Shown here: positions 1-13,149 of the stretch, piece after piece
Numbering within the stretch: the stretch's first letter is position 1
How the letters are laid out: each line of letters begins with the position of its first letter
Assembly (NCBI RefSeq): GCF_006345805.1
Contig: NC_042998.1
Location: forward strand, 104,904,001 to 104,968,000
Source of the DNA: Octopus sinensis
Lineage: Eukaryota
Reading direction: 5' to 3'
Length of the DNA: 64,000 bases
Position numbers and translations under genes: made by a program
The notes under the pieces: model-generated
The model's input: the letters and a program-made list of their open reading frames with translations, nothing else
The model's database searches: none
What the model was told of the DNA's origin: nothing

Positions 1-98
1 TAGTATTGGTATATCCCATTTATGTTCATTAGAAATCAAATAGATAAAGAATTTTGACATGTACGAATATTTATTTCCCCTCACTGTATGTATATATA

Positions 99-134
<36 letters not shown>

Positions 135-270
135 TGTATTGTGTTATATATATATATATTGGCCTGCTCGCTTAGCCAGCGGGGTGGCGTCATTCGAAGG
201 CTAAAACAATGCGAACGCATTGTGACCAGCGATGTGTAGCAACATCTGATGGTCTGTTCGGTCACGTGAT

Positions 271-313
<43 letters not shown>

Positions 314-499
314 ATACAAAATAGTGGGGTTTAGTTCACAGGCGATCTAAACGATTAGGTACGCTAGGCAAATGGTGTGACGGATTACTAGAGCTCCAAA
401 CTTTATGTGTGAGTGTGTGTGTCTTTGTGTATATTATCGACTACACATACTTCTTATATCCCCAATATTTGTTCGCCGGTAGGCTGAGGATAGCGCGGT

Positions 500-870
500 G
501 AGACTAACTCCCTCAAAGCGGCAGGTTTTAGAACACCTGGAAGTAAAGCAGTATTTCGACTGCCGTTACGTTCTGAGTTCAAATTCCACCGAGGCCGACT
601 TTGCCTTTCATCCTTTCGGGGTCGATATGCACTGGGGTCGATGTAATCGATTTAATCCGTTTGTCTGTCCTTGTTTGTCCCCTCTATGTTTAGCCCAGGT
701 ATTTCGTCTGCCGCTACGTTCTGAGTTCAATTTCAGCCGAGATCGACTTTGCCTTTCATCCTTTCGGGGTCGATAAATTAAGTACCAGTTGCGTACTGGA
801 GTCGATCTAATCGACTGGACCCCACCCTCAAAATTTCGGGCCTTGTGCCTGGAGTAGAAAAGAATATATC
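500..870 (+). mobile_element. tRNA-derived SINE, family A (two partially tandem copies)
   Basis: B-box-like GAGTTCAAATTCC followed by the conserved body GACTTTGCCTTTCATCCTTTCGGGGTCGATAAATTAAGTACCAGT; the same body recurs at about 2.3-2.7, 3.77-4.34, 14.2-14.4, 18.4-18.8, 19.5-19.7, 34.5-34.8, 46.1-46.4 and 63.2-63.6 kb. Confidence 0.8.
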
Positions 871-1190
871 TCTTTGTTTTCAGAAACTTTCATTTGAACA
901 GCAATTCATATTTGATACGCACATTGGTAAAGGGGGTGGGGGTGGAGGAATGTTTGTTATCTAATAGTTCAATAATAGCTTTTTGAAAGATTTTATAATC
1001 TGACCAACTTTATAACATTAGCACTTTGTTCTTTACACGTATTTCTGTCATTATTTCATCAATCAATACTGATGCGCTGAAGTAATTACAGTTATCAAGA
1101 GGTTCACATGTTTCTTCGAAATTCTTCGCATTCGAGTTTCCATTCTTTTTGATATATTTCGTCACCTTTCTTTTGCTTTTAATATTTCAG

Positions 1191-1277
1191 GTATCATCAC
1201 AGCCATTGGAATATTTGGTCCAGCTGTATCTTTTTCGATAGCTACAGTCTTCAGCCGTATGCATTTTTCACTCAGAG
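1191..1277 (+). CDS. SLCO: OATP/SLCO transporter, internal exon (first in window): (G)[28 protein letters not shown]
   Basis: Pyrimidine tract + TTTCAG acceptor at 1185-1190, AG|GTAAGT donor at 1278; 87 nt, phase 1 to 1; matches the OATP G-P-A-x-x-F transmembrane segment and splices in frame to the signature exon. Confidence 0.88.
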
Positions 1278-1320
1278 GTAAGTGACCATTCACTGGTTTA
1301 CTTAGTCATTCACTCAGTCA

Positions 1321-1750
1321 TTCATTCAATCAATCAATCTACCTTACCTACCGACCTACCTACTTACCTACCTACCTACCGACCTACCTACTTACCTACC
1401 TACCGACCTACCTACTTACCTACCTACCTACCTACCTACCTACCTACCGACCTACCTACTTACCTACCTACCTACCTACCTACCTCTTTACCTACCTACC
1501 TTCGACCGACCGACCTACCTACTTACTTACCTACCGACCTACCTACCTACCGACCTACCTACTTACCGACCTACCTACTTACCTACCTACCTACCTAACT
1601 AACTAACTAACTAACTAACTACCTATCTAATCTATTTATCTGTCTGTCAATCTATCTATCTATCTATTTATATATCTGTTTGCCGGTCTGTCTAACTATC
1701 TATCTATCTATTTATCTATCTGTCTGTCTATCTATCTGTCTGTCTGTCTT
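1321..1750. repeat. Compound tetranucleotide microsatellite (CTAC/CGAC, AACT, ATCT, GTCT)
   Basis: Directly visible tandem units grading from one motif to the next. Confidence 0.9.
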
Positions 1751-2891
1751 ACATGTCAAAAGTGAGGTGACAAGAAATAAAGTCTCTTCTAGTATTGACC
1801 ATTCTTAGATCTAGTAGCTAGAGCTTCCTTTATATCAAGGTCCCAAGCGTTATATATAAAAATCGTTAACTGCCAAGATATGAGGATCATTTATCCACTT
1901 CACTTGTTTGGCTGTATACAGCAATGCGTAAACAAAACAGTTTAGGACTTATTTTGCAGCCATAGCTGCCTGGTGGAAGATAAATAGTCACCCATCTTTC
2001 ACTTTTGGTTGTCTGTCAGAGTTAACTCTCTTAGCATTTACATTTTTACTAGACACTCACACGACGGTAGTCAAGTCTAAGGAAATAGTCAAATCCATAC
2101 TGCAGGACAACAAAATACTTGTGAATCTACTACTATTTAGAGCAGGGATTTCTGCCAGCTTGAGATGCAACTTAGCACGTGGGTGAACTTAAATGATAAT
2201 AGCTAGACGTCTTGATCATAAACATGATATGAACTGTCAAAATCTCTGCAGGTTGGTAGAGCACTATATTTCACTATCCTCATCTTCTCAACGTTCTGGA
2301 ATAAACTAAATCAATATTGGCTTCAAATTTTGGTACTAGGCCAGCAATTTTGAGGAAGGAGAAAAGTTGATTACATCAACCCCAGTGTTCAACCAGGACT
2401 TATTTTATCGTCCCTGAAAGGATAAAAAGCGAAGTCGACCTGCAGGGAGTTTGAAATCAGAACATGAAGACGGACGAAATACTGCTAAGCATTATGTCCG
2501 GCGTACTAACGATTCTGCCAGCTCACCGCTTTAAACTTAAAACCTGTTAGCACGTCGGGAAACCTGTTTTGCGGCATTTCTTCCGTCTTTACTTTCTGAG
2601 TTCAAATGCTGCCGAGATTGACTTTGCCTTTCATCCTTTCAGGGCCAATAAAATAAGTACTAATTGAACACTTGGGTTGCTGTAATCGGCTTACCTCCTC
2701 CCACAAAATTGCTTTGTACAAACTTTTGAAATCGATATTATTTATTCTTATTGCAACTAAGATCAATTTTATAAAGTGGCATATGGTTTATTAACAGCCA
2801 CACATGTGAAAAAGGCCAGTGCATATACGTTTCTACATTTGAATTTGTCTTTTACTTTACTCTACACGTGTTTATTTTCTCCTCCTTAAAG

Positions 2892-3137
2892 ATGTAAACA
2901 TAACTCCAGAAGATCCCAGATGGATTGGCGCTTGGTGGCTGGGATTCTTAAGTTTTGGTGGTGCATCTTTAATTTTGTGTATTCCATTAATATTCTTTCC
3001 GAAACGTTTGCCACGTAAACAAAATAATGATGTTAAGATGACTGAAATGGTGGAAACGACAGAAACGACAGAAACGAAGAAAGACAAGACGCTAAAACCA
3101 GAAGTTAACAAAGCAAATTTTATGAAATATATTAAAG
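2892..3137 (+). CDS. SLCO: OATP/SLCO exon with the family signature: (D)VNITPEDPRWIGAWWLGFLSFGGASLILCIPLIFFPKRLP...KANFMKYIK
   Basis: Exact match to the OATP signature D-x-RW-[IV]-GAWW-x-G-[FL]-L; AG at 2890-2891, AAG|GTAGGT donor at 3138; 246 nt, phase 1 to 1. Confidence 0.97.
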
Positions 3138-3605
3138 GTAGGTTTATTTGTTCAATAACATTGCTTCCTGCTTCTTGTTTTCTTAACATATATGTATGTC
3201 CATACATGCATGCATTTGCTGCTTTAGAAATACGTCTTAATACAGGTATGATTCAATGGAGTTTTTGAAATAAAATAATTTCTTAATTCTCTTTTTCTTA
3301 CATATCAAGACATAGATATATTCACTGCTACAGTAACAAGTACGTTGATATACGTTGACATAATGAAGTGAGAAGAATGTTATACATTCGATTAGTGAAC
3401 ATGCTACTAATCATAATTCTGCAATAATAATTTCCTTGGTTACGTAAATTACAAAACTATTTTACGTCATATTATAATGCTATTCAGCAACGGTTTTATA
3501 CTCACTACATGAATTATCGCTGTAAATAAACAATTATAAAGATAGTAACAATAGAAAATACCATCCAAAGAAATAATAACAGAAAATTTAAGTGTTACTA
3601 TTTCT

Positions 3606-3608
<3 letters not shown>

Positions 3609-3694
<86 letters not shown>

Positions 3695-3705
3695 CATCAT
3701 CATCA

Positions 3706-3742
<37 letters not shown>

Positions 3743-3757
3743 CATTATAATTATTAT
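3609..3757. repeat. (ATT)n/(ATC)n microsatellite
   Basis: Directly visible. Confidence 0.95.
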
Positions 3758-3764
3758 CCAAAGC

Positions 3765-4340
3765 CGCGAGCTGGCAGAATCATTAGCATGCTGGGCAAAA
3801 TGTTTAGCGGCATTTCATCCGTTTTTAGGTTCTGAGTTCAAATTCCGCCAAGGTTGACTTTGCTTTTCATCCTTTCGGGGTCGATAAATTAAGTACCAGT
3901 TACGCACTGGGGTCGATGCAATCGACTTAATCCCTTTGTCTGTCCTTGTTTGGCCCCTCTAATGTTTAGCCCCTTGTGGGCAATAAAGAAATATGAAATG
4001 TTAGCACGCCAGGCGAAATGCTTAGCCGTATTTCGTCTGTCTTTACGTTCTGAATTCAAATTCCGCCGAGATCGACTTTGCCTTTCATCCTTTCGGGGTC
4101 GATATATTAAGTACTAGTTGAGTACTGGAATCGATCTAATCGACTGCACCCCTCCCCAAAAATTTCGGGCCTTGTGCCTAGAGTAGAAAAGAAACGTTCT
4201 GAATTCCAATTTTGCCGAGGTTGACTTTCATTCTTTCGTGGAGTCCATAAAATAAGTTCCAATTGAGTACTAGAGTTGATGTAACCGACTTACCTCCTCC
4301 CCCGATATTGCTGGCCTTGCACCAAAATTTGAAATCATTA
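3765..4340 (+). mobile_element. Three head-to-tail SINE family A copies
   Basis: Three successive tRNA-like heads (GAGCTGGCAGAATC...GAGTTCAAATTCCGCC) each followed by the family A body. Confidence 0.75.
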
Positions 4341-4780
4341 TTGTAAAAGTTATAAAATATAAACCACGTATCCATAGGGTAGGTATGTGTGGTGGCGAGA
4401 AGGGAAGTGAACTGACAAAATTGATAGAGCGTTGGCCAAAATGCTTTAAAGCTCCTTACGTTCCGAGTTCAACTCTTGCCTATGACTTCCAGGAATTAAT
4501 AAAATGAATTACCAGCCCAGTGTGGTAGACAAACAGAATTGTTGGTGTATTAACGGAATGTTCTGCAGTATTTGTTCTTGTTATTTACATTCCGCATACT
4601 CGGGCAGTTTTCTGTAATTAGCCGGCAATTTTATCCTCTCAAATTACACCAAAATATCAGACAATAACAAATAATATCGTATTTATTGTCTGTGAAAATT
4701 ATAGAACATAAAACAACTTTGATAAAAACTTATACATACTTTTCTGTCGAAAACAATGCCGTTCTGAACCTTTTGGCCGC

Positions 4781-4879
<99 letters not shown>

Positions 4880-5004
4880 AAAAATTTTCTACCACTGGCT
4901 AGCATATTTAAAAGCATGCATAAAAGAGTCAAAAGACAACATACTTTTCATTATTTACATTATTTGCATTTTTATGGATATTTGTCCTCATTTTGTTTGT
5001 TGCT

Positions 5005-5050
5005 AACACAACGTTTCGGCTGATATACCTTCCAGCCTTCATCGGGTGTC
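5005..5050 (-). ncRNA. Hammerhead-like motif, CCGAUGA variant (inverted partner of 6541-6586)
   Basis: Reverse complement reads GACAC-CCGATGA-AGGCTGGAAGGTATATCAGCC-GAAAC-GTT-GTGTT. Confidence 0.45.
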
Positions 5051-5133
5051 TTGGGGAAATTTCGAACCTAGGTTCTCATTCCTAAGGTATTTTTCGATGT
5101 TGTTGTTGTTATTATTATTATTATTATTATTAT

Positions 5134-5186
<53 letters not shown>

Positions 5187-5675
5187 TTCAGGTCACTGCC
5201 TGGAATCGAACTCGGAATATTAGGGTTAGTAACCCACGCTCATATGTTTTATGCCCGTGGGCAATTATGGAATGAATTTTAGGGCTTATAAATCTAATAT
5301 TTTCCTATCCTTCCTTAATACCGGTTCCTATATGCTATTCATATCTGCACTCGGTCTGCATAGGTGGCTGTTGTGTCCTAATATATGTACTGCTTATTTT
5401 AGTTTTCGTATTTTCCAGTGGTGTTCTCTGTCTATTATTTTAACTTCATCCCACAGGAGGAGGTGGTCTCCATTTTTCCATATATGATCAGCTATACCCG
5501 ATTTATCAATATCTCCTCGTGTCACAGCTTTGCGATGTTCCTCTACCCTTATTTTGAGGGAGCAGCATGTTTCGCCTTTGTGTAACCTACCACAGCTGCA
5601 TGGGATGGAGTACACGCAGTTTTTAGTTATATTCTCTACTAACCCCAAGATTCCGAGCTTAATTCCAGGCAGTGA

Positions 5676-5747
<72 letters not shown>

Positions 5748-5774
5748 CAACAACAACAACAATAATAATAATAA

Positions 5775-6362
5775 TAAATGCCTTGGTGCAGTACCAGGTA
5801 GTGGCTATGCCCTGATCCAGTACCAGGCAGTGGCTCTCGTGGCTTCTGATCTTAACTGATTGGAAGTGTTATCATGTACATTGTTTTGTCTTGGTATAAA
5901 AGATGGGCTACAGCAAATATTCTGCTCAATACTACAGATTTGCTTGTCAGTTGTTTGATCTTAACCAGTTGACCATGCCCCTTAGTGGCTGACGATACGT
6001 GCATCTCTGATCACTAGCAGAAGTAGTGGGAGTGCATCATAGCCATGGGTTGAGATGGATTCTTTGGGGTTTGAATAATTCACCTCTGGAAACATGGGTG
6101 TTTCGTTCAACATCCTTAAACAATCCTTATTCAGGGAACTTTTGAGCGGGATGGGTTACTCGATCAGAAGAAAATTCTAACTGGGCCCCACCTGCAAGGT
6201 CATGTGCTGTTTATCTTGATATTAGATCACCATGTCGCGCACATATGGTTGTGATGCATGTGCCTGGTGTACCCTTATCAGACGGGCAGTCATAATGGGT
6301 ATACTGAGGTTCGTATATTTTACTCCAGTGTCACTTTGATGGCATGCACTGCTCTCTCACTC
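5775..6362 (+). mobile_element. Non-autonomous retroelement flanked by (AAT)n on both sides
   Basis: Begins AAATGCCTTGGTGCAGTACCAGG and ends CACTGCTCTCTCACTC(AAT)n; minus-strand relatives at 12890-13066 (internally deleted) and 13186-13435. Confidence 0.65.
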
Positions 6363-6384
6363 AATAATAATAATAATAATAATG

Positions 6385-6473
<89 letters not shown>

Positions 6474-6540
6474 CAACAACAACAACAACAACATCGAAAA
6501 ATACCTTAAGAATGAGAACCTATGTTCGAAATTTCCCCAA

Positions 6541-6586
6541 GACACCTGATGAAGGCTGGTGGGTATATCAGCCGAAACGTTGTGTT
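6541..6586 (+). ncRNA. Minimal type I hammerhead ribozyme-like motif (PLE-associated), intact CUGAUGA core
   Basis: GACAC-CTGATGA-A-GGCTGG(loop)TCAGCC-GAAAC-GTT-GTGTT: stem I GACAC/GTGTT, 6-bp stem II, palindromic ACGU stem III, GUU triplet. Confidence 0.6.
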
Positions 6587-7217
6587 AGCAACAAACAAGA
6601 TGAAGCCAAATATCCGCCAAATGTAAATAATATAAATAATGTACATAATTCCTCATCTATTAAATATAAAACTGGAACATATTTTTCATATAAAATTAGT
6701 GTACATTTATACACAAAAGAGGTGAGCCTAACAGGCCACCTTACAGCAGTCAAAGCCCAAACCACAGTTAAGTGTAATTTCGAAGGGAATGAAAAATAAA
6801 AACATCTTCAATAGTTACCCCATATACCTATGTTTCGAACATCAAAAATGACTACCATGTAGTAGATGGTTTCTTGGAATTATAAGCGACAGTAGCATTG
6901 TTCTCTATGGGTCCGCCACATTTAGATGGCAAATATACTTCACGATTCCGTGCTGCTACTGTTTACCTCTCACTCAGAGATTTTATTATTGCTGATATAT
7001 ATATATAATTCCCAGGATTCAAGCGGATGAGGTACTTAAATAGCAAAGCACCAAGTTCGGTGATATCACTATCGGATCGTGGTTGGTAGAATCAAAATGG
7101 CACTTTGTACTTGTTCTTCAGATGTTCAAGATGCTTAATTCTTATATGTATACACCTTATGAAAACGTTTTGGTTGTTTCATTTTTTGCATGATGTTTCA
7201 CTTTTACTCATCAATCA

Positions 7218-8001
7218 TATTCTGTCATAAGTTGTGTATTGCGGGGGTGTGCTAGTGTTCCATTCTTGTTTCCTAGTCTATAGTATAAGATGTATAGAGG
7301 GACGATGCAGTAACAAGACAACAACATACGTAGGGGAGACAGCACAGAGCATAGGAGAGCGGATACATAAGCATTGGAGGGAACTTAAGAGAAGAGCTCA
7401 TCGCTTCTTCGCTTCTGTACCAAGACGCCGAGCAGGAACCCGGGGGCTCACTCAACAACATAGAAGTTAAAATCTTGCCCAAACATAGAACAGACGTAAC
7501 GCTTAGACAAATTACGGAAGCTACACACATAATAGAAGATAAACCTAGCCTGAATAGGAAACTAGAATGGAACACTAGCACACACACCCAACACACCACA
7601 ACCTATTACAGAATAAGATCCCCATAAACTGATAATAATATGAATATAATACAATACACAGATAAATAAATGGAATTAAATAACTATATACATTAACAAA
7701 ATTAATTAAATTAATACAAAAAGTTAGAAAGAAAAGAAAAAGTAAGTAGACAAATGAATAAAATAAATAAAAGTAAATTAAAGGGACGTGTATAAACAGG
7801 TGATATGCAAGCACATCCCCCCCACACACACACACTTACCAAACATGGACACACAGAGGAATATACGTATGCGCAAATAAAGAAACATACAATAGGAATA
7901 CAAAATGGCAGATCATTAGTAATGAGAGGCACAAAAAAAGAAAGAAGAAAGCAAAGGACCACTGATGAGGTTATAGAAGTGTGACGAAAGAACTCTGGCC
8001 T
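7218..8001 (+). mobile_element. Penelope-like element 3' remnant (GIY-YIG) with inverted 5' segment
   Basis: TYVGETAQSIGERIHKHW, then after a frameshift NIEVKILPKHRTDVTLRQITEATHIIEDKPSLNRKLEWN; 7218-7285 is an imperfect reverse complement of 7550-7617; ends in a hammerhead-like motif. Confidence 0.78.
7955..8001 (+). ncRNA. Hammerhead-like motif with intact CUGAUGA core
   Basis: AGGACCA-CTGATGA-G-GTTAT(AGAAGT)GTGAC-GAAA-GAA-CTC-TGGCCT; stem II contains G-U pairs, CUC triplet, imperfect stem I. Confidence 0.45.
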
Positions 8002-8137
8002 AAATACAATTAATATAGAATAAAGCTAAAGGAGGTGAACACCATATATATAGTGCGTGTGTTTTTATTGGCTAAACTGACAACATGATCATCCCCAAAT
8101 ACAACAATATATACATATACATACATACATACATACA

Positions 8138-8169
<32 letters not shown>

Positions 8170-8799
8170 CATGAACAACGTAGACAAATACTTCTTTATC
8201 ACACACGACACAACGTAAATTCTTAACCTATTAAAATTATCTACGCTTGGTCACTCAAGGGTTCGTAACCAATAACTGTACTAGACGTTTCAGTTGAAAA
8301 AGATGATTCAACGTCCCACCCAATAGTTCTCTGCAATGTTGATAGTGAGTGATAAGAAGTGGTGGTGCAATTTTGAACTTGAAAACTGATTATCCGCACG
8401 TCGATATGGTTCTGAAGACTTGTGCAATGCTTTAGTTTAATAACCGTGTGCAAAAGGTTTCTATCCCATGTGATTCTTGGCATCATATAGTGAAAAAGCT
8501 TACTTGAAATACTGACTAAACTCCTGTAAGTTATGTCTAAGTCTCAGACATGAAGCACGGGCTCGAAGCAAAAAGATATTGTATCAGCTGGAATGATTTT
8601 TATTATATATCAACTCACTCAGTAGCGATGTAGAGCTAAACGGCATCATCAAGACGACTAAAATCTAATCAGACGGCAAAGAGTGAAATGCGAGTTTTCG
8701 ATAATCTATCAAAATTAAGAGTAGCACAAAAGAGAAAAACAGAAACCTTCCACAGTATTTTTACATGTAATTAAACGTCAAGCTGGTTTTCTTTCGCAG

Positions 8800-8964
8800 A
8801 TTTTTTCCGTTCCCTTCGGCGTATATGCCGAAAGAAAAGTTACCTGTTTCTTGTATGTGGCGTCACCTCAAACATTGTGGGTGTTAGTGGAGTGAGTTCA
8901 TTCGCAGCGAAATATATTGAAACTCAGTATCATCTTCCAGCTTGGAAATCAAATGCAGTTTTGG
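8800..8964 (+). CDS. SLCO: OATP/SLCO exon: (D)FFRSLRRICRKKSYLFLVCGVTSNIVGVSGVSSFAAKYIETQYHLPAWKSNAVL
   Basis: TTTTCTTTCGCAG acceptor, G|GTATGT donor at 8965; 165 nt, phase 1 to 1; contains the OATP KY-x-E-x-Q-[FY] motif. Confidence 0.93.
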
Positions 8965-9867
8965 GTATGTATATAAATATACATAAAAATATACTTAAAT
9001 ACACGCACACGCACACAAACACACACACATACACATCTGTATATATATATATATATACATACACTCTACATACACGCTCTAATAAACTGTCCCTTAATTA
9101 TTGACTTACCAAAATTTTATTGTTTTTTTCTTGGTTTTACATACTTCTATTATATAATACCCAACTTAAACCACGCCCTGTCTCTTGTAACAAAGTTACA
9201 ACTACCATCGTACTTATAACAAAATACTCACCCAAGGGCCCTTCTTTCTTCATATCTCTCGATGTTATTACACTATCATGACATACAATCGTAGGTATTT
9301 ATGTAACTGATCCTCTTGTTATGCTCACCACTAGTGCCGGTTTATAACCTTTTTTTCTGTTTAGAATATTAAAGTTTATCTTTCCTGTACGTCTGACTTT
9401 AGGTGGATATAATATAGAAAGCCACACAACAGCGGTATTCGTCTCGAGAAGACATCTCGTATAGATGTATAGGGCTAAAAAATGTACTGAGGAATATCCG
9501 TAACAGACGAATATCCTCAAGCAGATTCTGCGCATTAGCTCGTCATCAGTGGTGAGCATCCTCTAAGAAATATTTAGCCTCTGTTGATATACACAAAAAA
9601 ACAGTGATTACCAATCACTTGTGTTGCAAATAACAGGCAGGCTTGGCAAAATTTCGCTATTAGCAACAGAAGCAATGTCATTTCAAAATAACATTCTGTA
9701 TACCTTACTTAACGCGGACTTACTGTAGAAAACTACACAGCTGCGGTATTGCTGATTATCACTTACATGCCCTATATAAATTTTCTCAGCTCATTTGAAA
9801 TTCACCATTTCGTTATGGTTTCACCACACTTTACAATTTAAAGAGCATTTGGATTAATAGAATAAAG

Positions 9868-10200
9868 ACGCGTGGATAATGGTTAGGGCATTCGGCTCAC
9901 GAGTACCGTATCCCTAACTCACAAATACCCTAGGTCGTGAGTTCGCTTCCCTGCAGCGTGTTGTGTCCTTGAGCAAGACACTTTATTTCATGTTGCTCCA
10001 CTCGACTGGTAAAAATTAGTAGTACCTGTTTTCCAAAGGGCCGGCCATGTCACATTCTGAGTCATGCTGAATTACCCTAAAAACTATATTAATAGCACGC
10101 GTATCTGTGGAGTATTCAGCCACTTGTATGTTAATTTCACGAGCAGGCTGTTCCGTTGATTGTATCAAATGGAACCCACGTCGTCGTAACTGTCGGAATG
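9868..10200 (+). mobile_element. tRNA-derived SINE, family C
   Basis: tRNA-like head (TGGATAATGGTTAGGGC...GTGAGTTCGCTTCCC), TGTCCTTGAGCAAGACACTTTATTTC body; tail matches the reverse complement of 35735-35910. Confidence 0.65.
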
Positions 10201-10839
10201 CTAGTAGCAGATTAACAATATATTTTTATCAATTTCCAGATAAATAATTTTTTTATCCAAACACTTCATGCTGGAGTTCTGTCAACCAGAGAACCAGAGC
10301 TATCAATAGCTAACGCATATATGATATGTGTGACATATCTTTTATTTTTTTCTTGCTTCAGTCATTAAACTGCAGCCCTGCTGGGCACTGCCTTGAAGAT
10401 TTTGATAGACCGAATCGACCTCAGTACTAACTTTATAAAGTCTACTACTTATTCTATCGGTCCCTTTGGCCGAACCGACATAAACACACCAACACCGGTT
10501 GTCAAGCTTTGGTTGGGGACAGACACAAAGATACACGCATACATAGATATATATACGACGGGCTTCTTACAGTTTCCGTCTACCAAGTCCACTCACAAGG
10601 CTTTAGTCGAACTTTTCTAAGGTAACACGCAATAGGACCGAACCCGGAACTATGTTGTAGGTGAACAAACTTACCACGTCACCACACTCGCGCCTGTAGC
10701 AACACCGTATGTCATGATCTGTAAATTACACCTTAACATGAATTATAATAGTAATCTTTTAGCTATAACTTGCTTCAGTCATTGGACTGCATCTATACTG
10801 AAGCACCCATCCATTTACTTATCTATTTACGAATTTCAG

Positions 10840-11035
10840 GAGTCATCAACCTGCTTGCGTTGTCTAGTGGAACGCTTTCAGGTGGAATATTGACATCAAA
10901 AGCGAAATTTTCAGCCAGAGGGAGTTTATGGTTCATGACCCTTTGTTACATTTTCGTTGCTCTCATGGGAATGTTGAATTTGATAACTGGTTGTGACAGC
11001 GTCGCTATGGTAGGACCAAGTGTCATTCCAAACAG
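10840..11035 (+). CDS. SLCO: OATP/SLCO exon: (G)VINLLALSSGTLSGGILTSKAKFSARGSLWFMTLCYIFVALMGMLNLITGCDSVAMVGPSVIPN(R)
   Basis: TTTCAG acceptor ending 10839, CAG|GTAGGT donor at 11036; 196 nt, phase 1 to 2; G-x-x-x-GG helix and GC motif preceding the large extracellular loop. Confidence 0.92.
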
Positions 11036-12589
11036 GTAGGTCAGCAGATACGGTGATCGATTCCCGTAAACGATATTATAACATTTTCCCGTATTCTTCT
11101 ATATTAAATATATCTAATATAGCTAATATATTAGATATAAATATCTAATATTCCCTGACAGCCCTATATCTTCTAGTATATATAAATCCCAATGTGTATG
11201 TGTGTATATTGACTGACGCAAACATTTCCACAATTCTCAACCGATTTTCACCAAACTTTACACACACATTACTTATGTACTAAGGATGATCATACACTAT
11301 AAGATTTTGCCCAGAGCTCCCGCATAAATGGACAAACCAGGAAAAACAGTGGTTTACACGGGATTTTCTCTAATTCGTTGTATGTACCTAGTTTTTTGTA
11401 TGTAGGGTATTCCATACGTTTTTAATCTACATGGTCGTATATTGGCATTAGAGAATATTTTTAGTGGTTTTCACATTTTTTATTTATTATTTATTTATAT
11501 GTTGTAATTGTGTATTATTACTTGGTTAGAGAATATTATAAAAGTGAAAGTATCTTGTTTATTTATTTATTTCGACTGTCCACCAGCGAAGGTGATTAAA
11601 TTGACTAGGAACATAATACGCGATGAATATCCAATACCAAGCAATCTTAATCTCCGTATTCAAACTGCATTGAACGTTAGCAAGTTTATCTTTACCTATT
11701 CTGAATTACTTGACAAGTGATTCCCCCTTCACTCTCTTCTATTTGTTAATGCCTTTGTTTACCTACCAATGCGTTCTTTCACTTTAAGGGTGCTTATATA
11801 CTCATCCATTAGGATATTTCGAACGCGACATCATTTCACTGCGAACTGCTAAAGATTCAAAGCAGTATTCGTGAACTGAAGTAAAACTCTTCGTGTCTTC
11901 ATTTTTCGTTACCTGAAGTCAAATACATTCCTTTAACTCTGCTACTTTTTGAACGTACCAATCATACTTCTCTCCGAAAAAATAGCTCCCTTTGCTGTCG
12001 GATAAAATAAGCTCGCAGAAAGGAAGTTTCAAAGTCTTCCTTCAATTTGCTTACACCATTTATGTGGCTTTTTCTGATAAGAAAAGTTTCGCTTTCATGT
12101 AAAACAACTACATTTTGTAGACATTATCCATAATTTACTCCCAAAACACTTCAGTAGCTCTATTTTGCATTGCCTGCAAACTTATAAGTTCTATGATCAT
12201 TAAAATGCAACGACCTCTGCAATAACTAGCCTTCAATTTGGTCTTCTGTTCCTAGGTTAATCGGAAACCTAGATTGCCGTGCTACTCATAAACCTTCTCG
12301 GTAGTTCACTTATTTAGTGAAAAAAATACCACAAAACCAACTTCAATTGTCCAAAGGACGAGTGCATTTGCTAGCTAGATATAAATTATTCTCTATCAGT
12401 ACTCTTAGATAGTTTAAGTTTTCTCATTCCGACTTATGCTTTCACCTTAGTATAGTGGTTAGCGTACCTGTACTGTTTACAACAGATGCGGCGTTCAGTT
12501 CTCACAGGTAATGTCCCCTTCAATTATGCCCCTGTGGTGAATAGAAGAATTTATTATTGTTATTTTGGTTTGGCTCAGGTTTGGTCTTA

Positions 12590-12835
12590 TTCCTGGTAGG
12601 ATTTTTATGTGGGTAACGGGTTACTACCTGTAACCTTAGGTATCCACAAGTTTTCAGCAGTCTTTCAAGCGCTTAGAACCCTCCTGATAGTGCTTGCTGT
12701 CCATGAGAGACAAACTTTCGGTAGGAGCTCTACCAAGCATTCTGTTTCAATCGCCTTCAGCTATTTATCTATATCTTGTATTGCTGTTCCCACCGCACCA
12801 ATTACTATAAGCACGACCTTTACTGTTCACATGCG
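12590..12835 (-). mobile_element. 5'-truncated RLE-type (R4/Dong/NeSL-like) non-LTR retrotransposon 3' end
   Basis: Minus strand reads TVKVVLIVIGAVGT...ELLPKVCLSWTASTIRRVLSA*, resembling the VVPIVIGALG...QK..LLGTA.I.RRVL C-terminus of restriction-like endonuclease LINEs; starts directly after an (AAT)n tract. Confidence 0.55.
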
Positions 12836-12859
12836 CCATTATTATTATTATTATTATTA

Positions 12860-12890
<31 letters not shown>

Positions 12891-13072
12891 GAGTGAGAGT
12901 GCAGTGCATGCCATCAAAGTGACATTGGGGTAAAACTGGTATTGAGCAGAATATTTGCTGTAGCCCATCTTTTATACCAAGACAAAACGATGTACATTAT
13001 AACACTTCCAATCAGTTAAGATCAGAAGCCATGAGAGCCACTGTCTGGTACTGCATCAGGGCATTTATTATT

Positions 13073-13149
<77 letters not shown>

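Larger units (their letters stand above)
4910..6670 (-). mobile_element. Penelope-like element remnant: GIY-YIG endonuclease 3' fragment with inverted terminal (pLTR) copy
   Basis: Minus strand 5400-5635 encodes CVYSIPCSCGRLHKGETCCSLKIRVEEHRK...IADH...KIRKLK (GIY-YIG-like); 5005-5230 is the reverse complement of 5637-5770 plus 6365-6590; another element interrupts the right arm at 5775-6362. Confidence 0.8.

Noticed and set aside
9490-9560. CTGATGA motifs at 9545-9551 (-), 30064 (+, counted only as degenerate) and 60508 (+), and a CGGATGA near 7023
   Set aside because: GAAA or stem I/II pairing is missing or broken, so not called as hammerheads
11165-11440. Helitron-like 5' start (TCTAGTATATATAAATCC...)
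   Set aside because: No 3' hairpin/CTAG end found and the A|TC junction is absent; at most a truncated copy
11580-12400. Long non-repetitive stretches (also 8190-8500, 24900-25700, 57650-58260) that might hide exons or old elements
   Set aside because: No recognisable protein motifs or consistent splice sites; the SLCO exon phases already join without an extra exon
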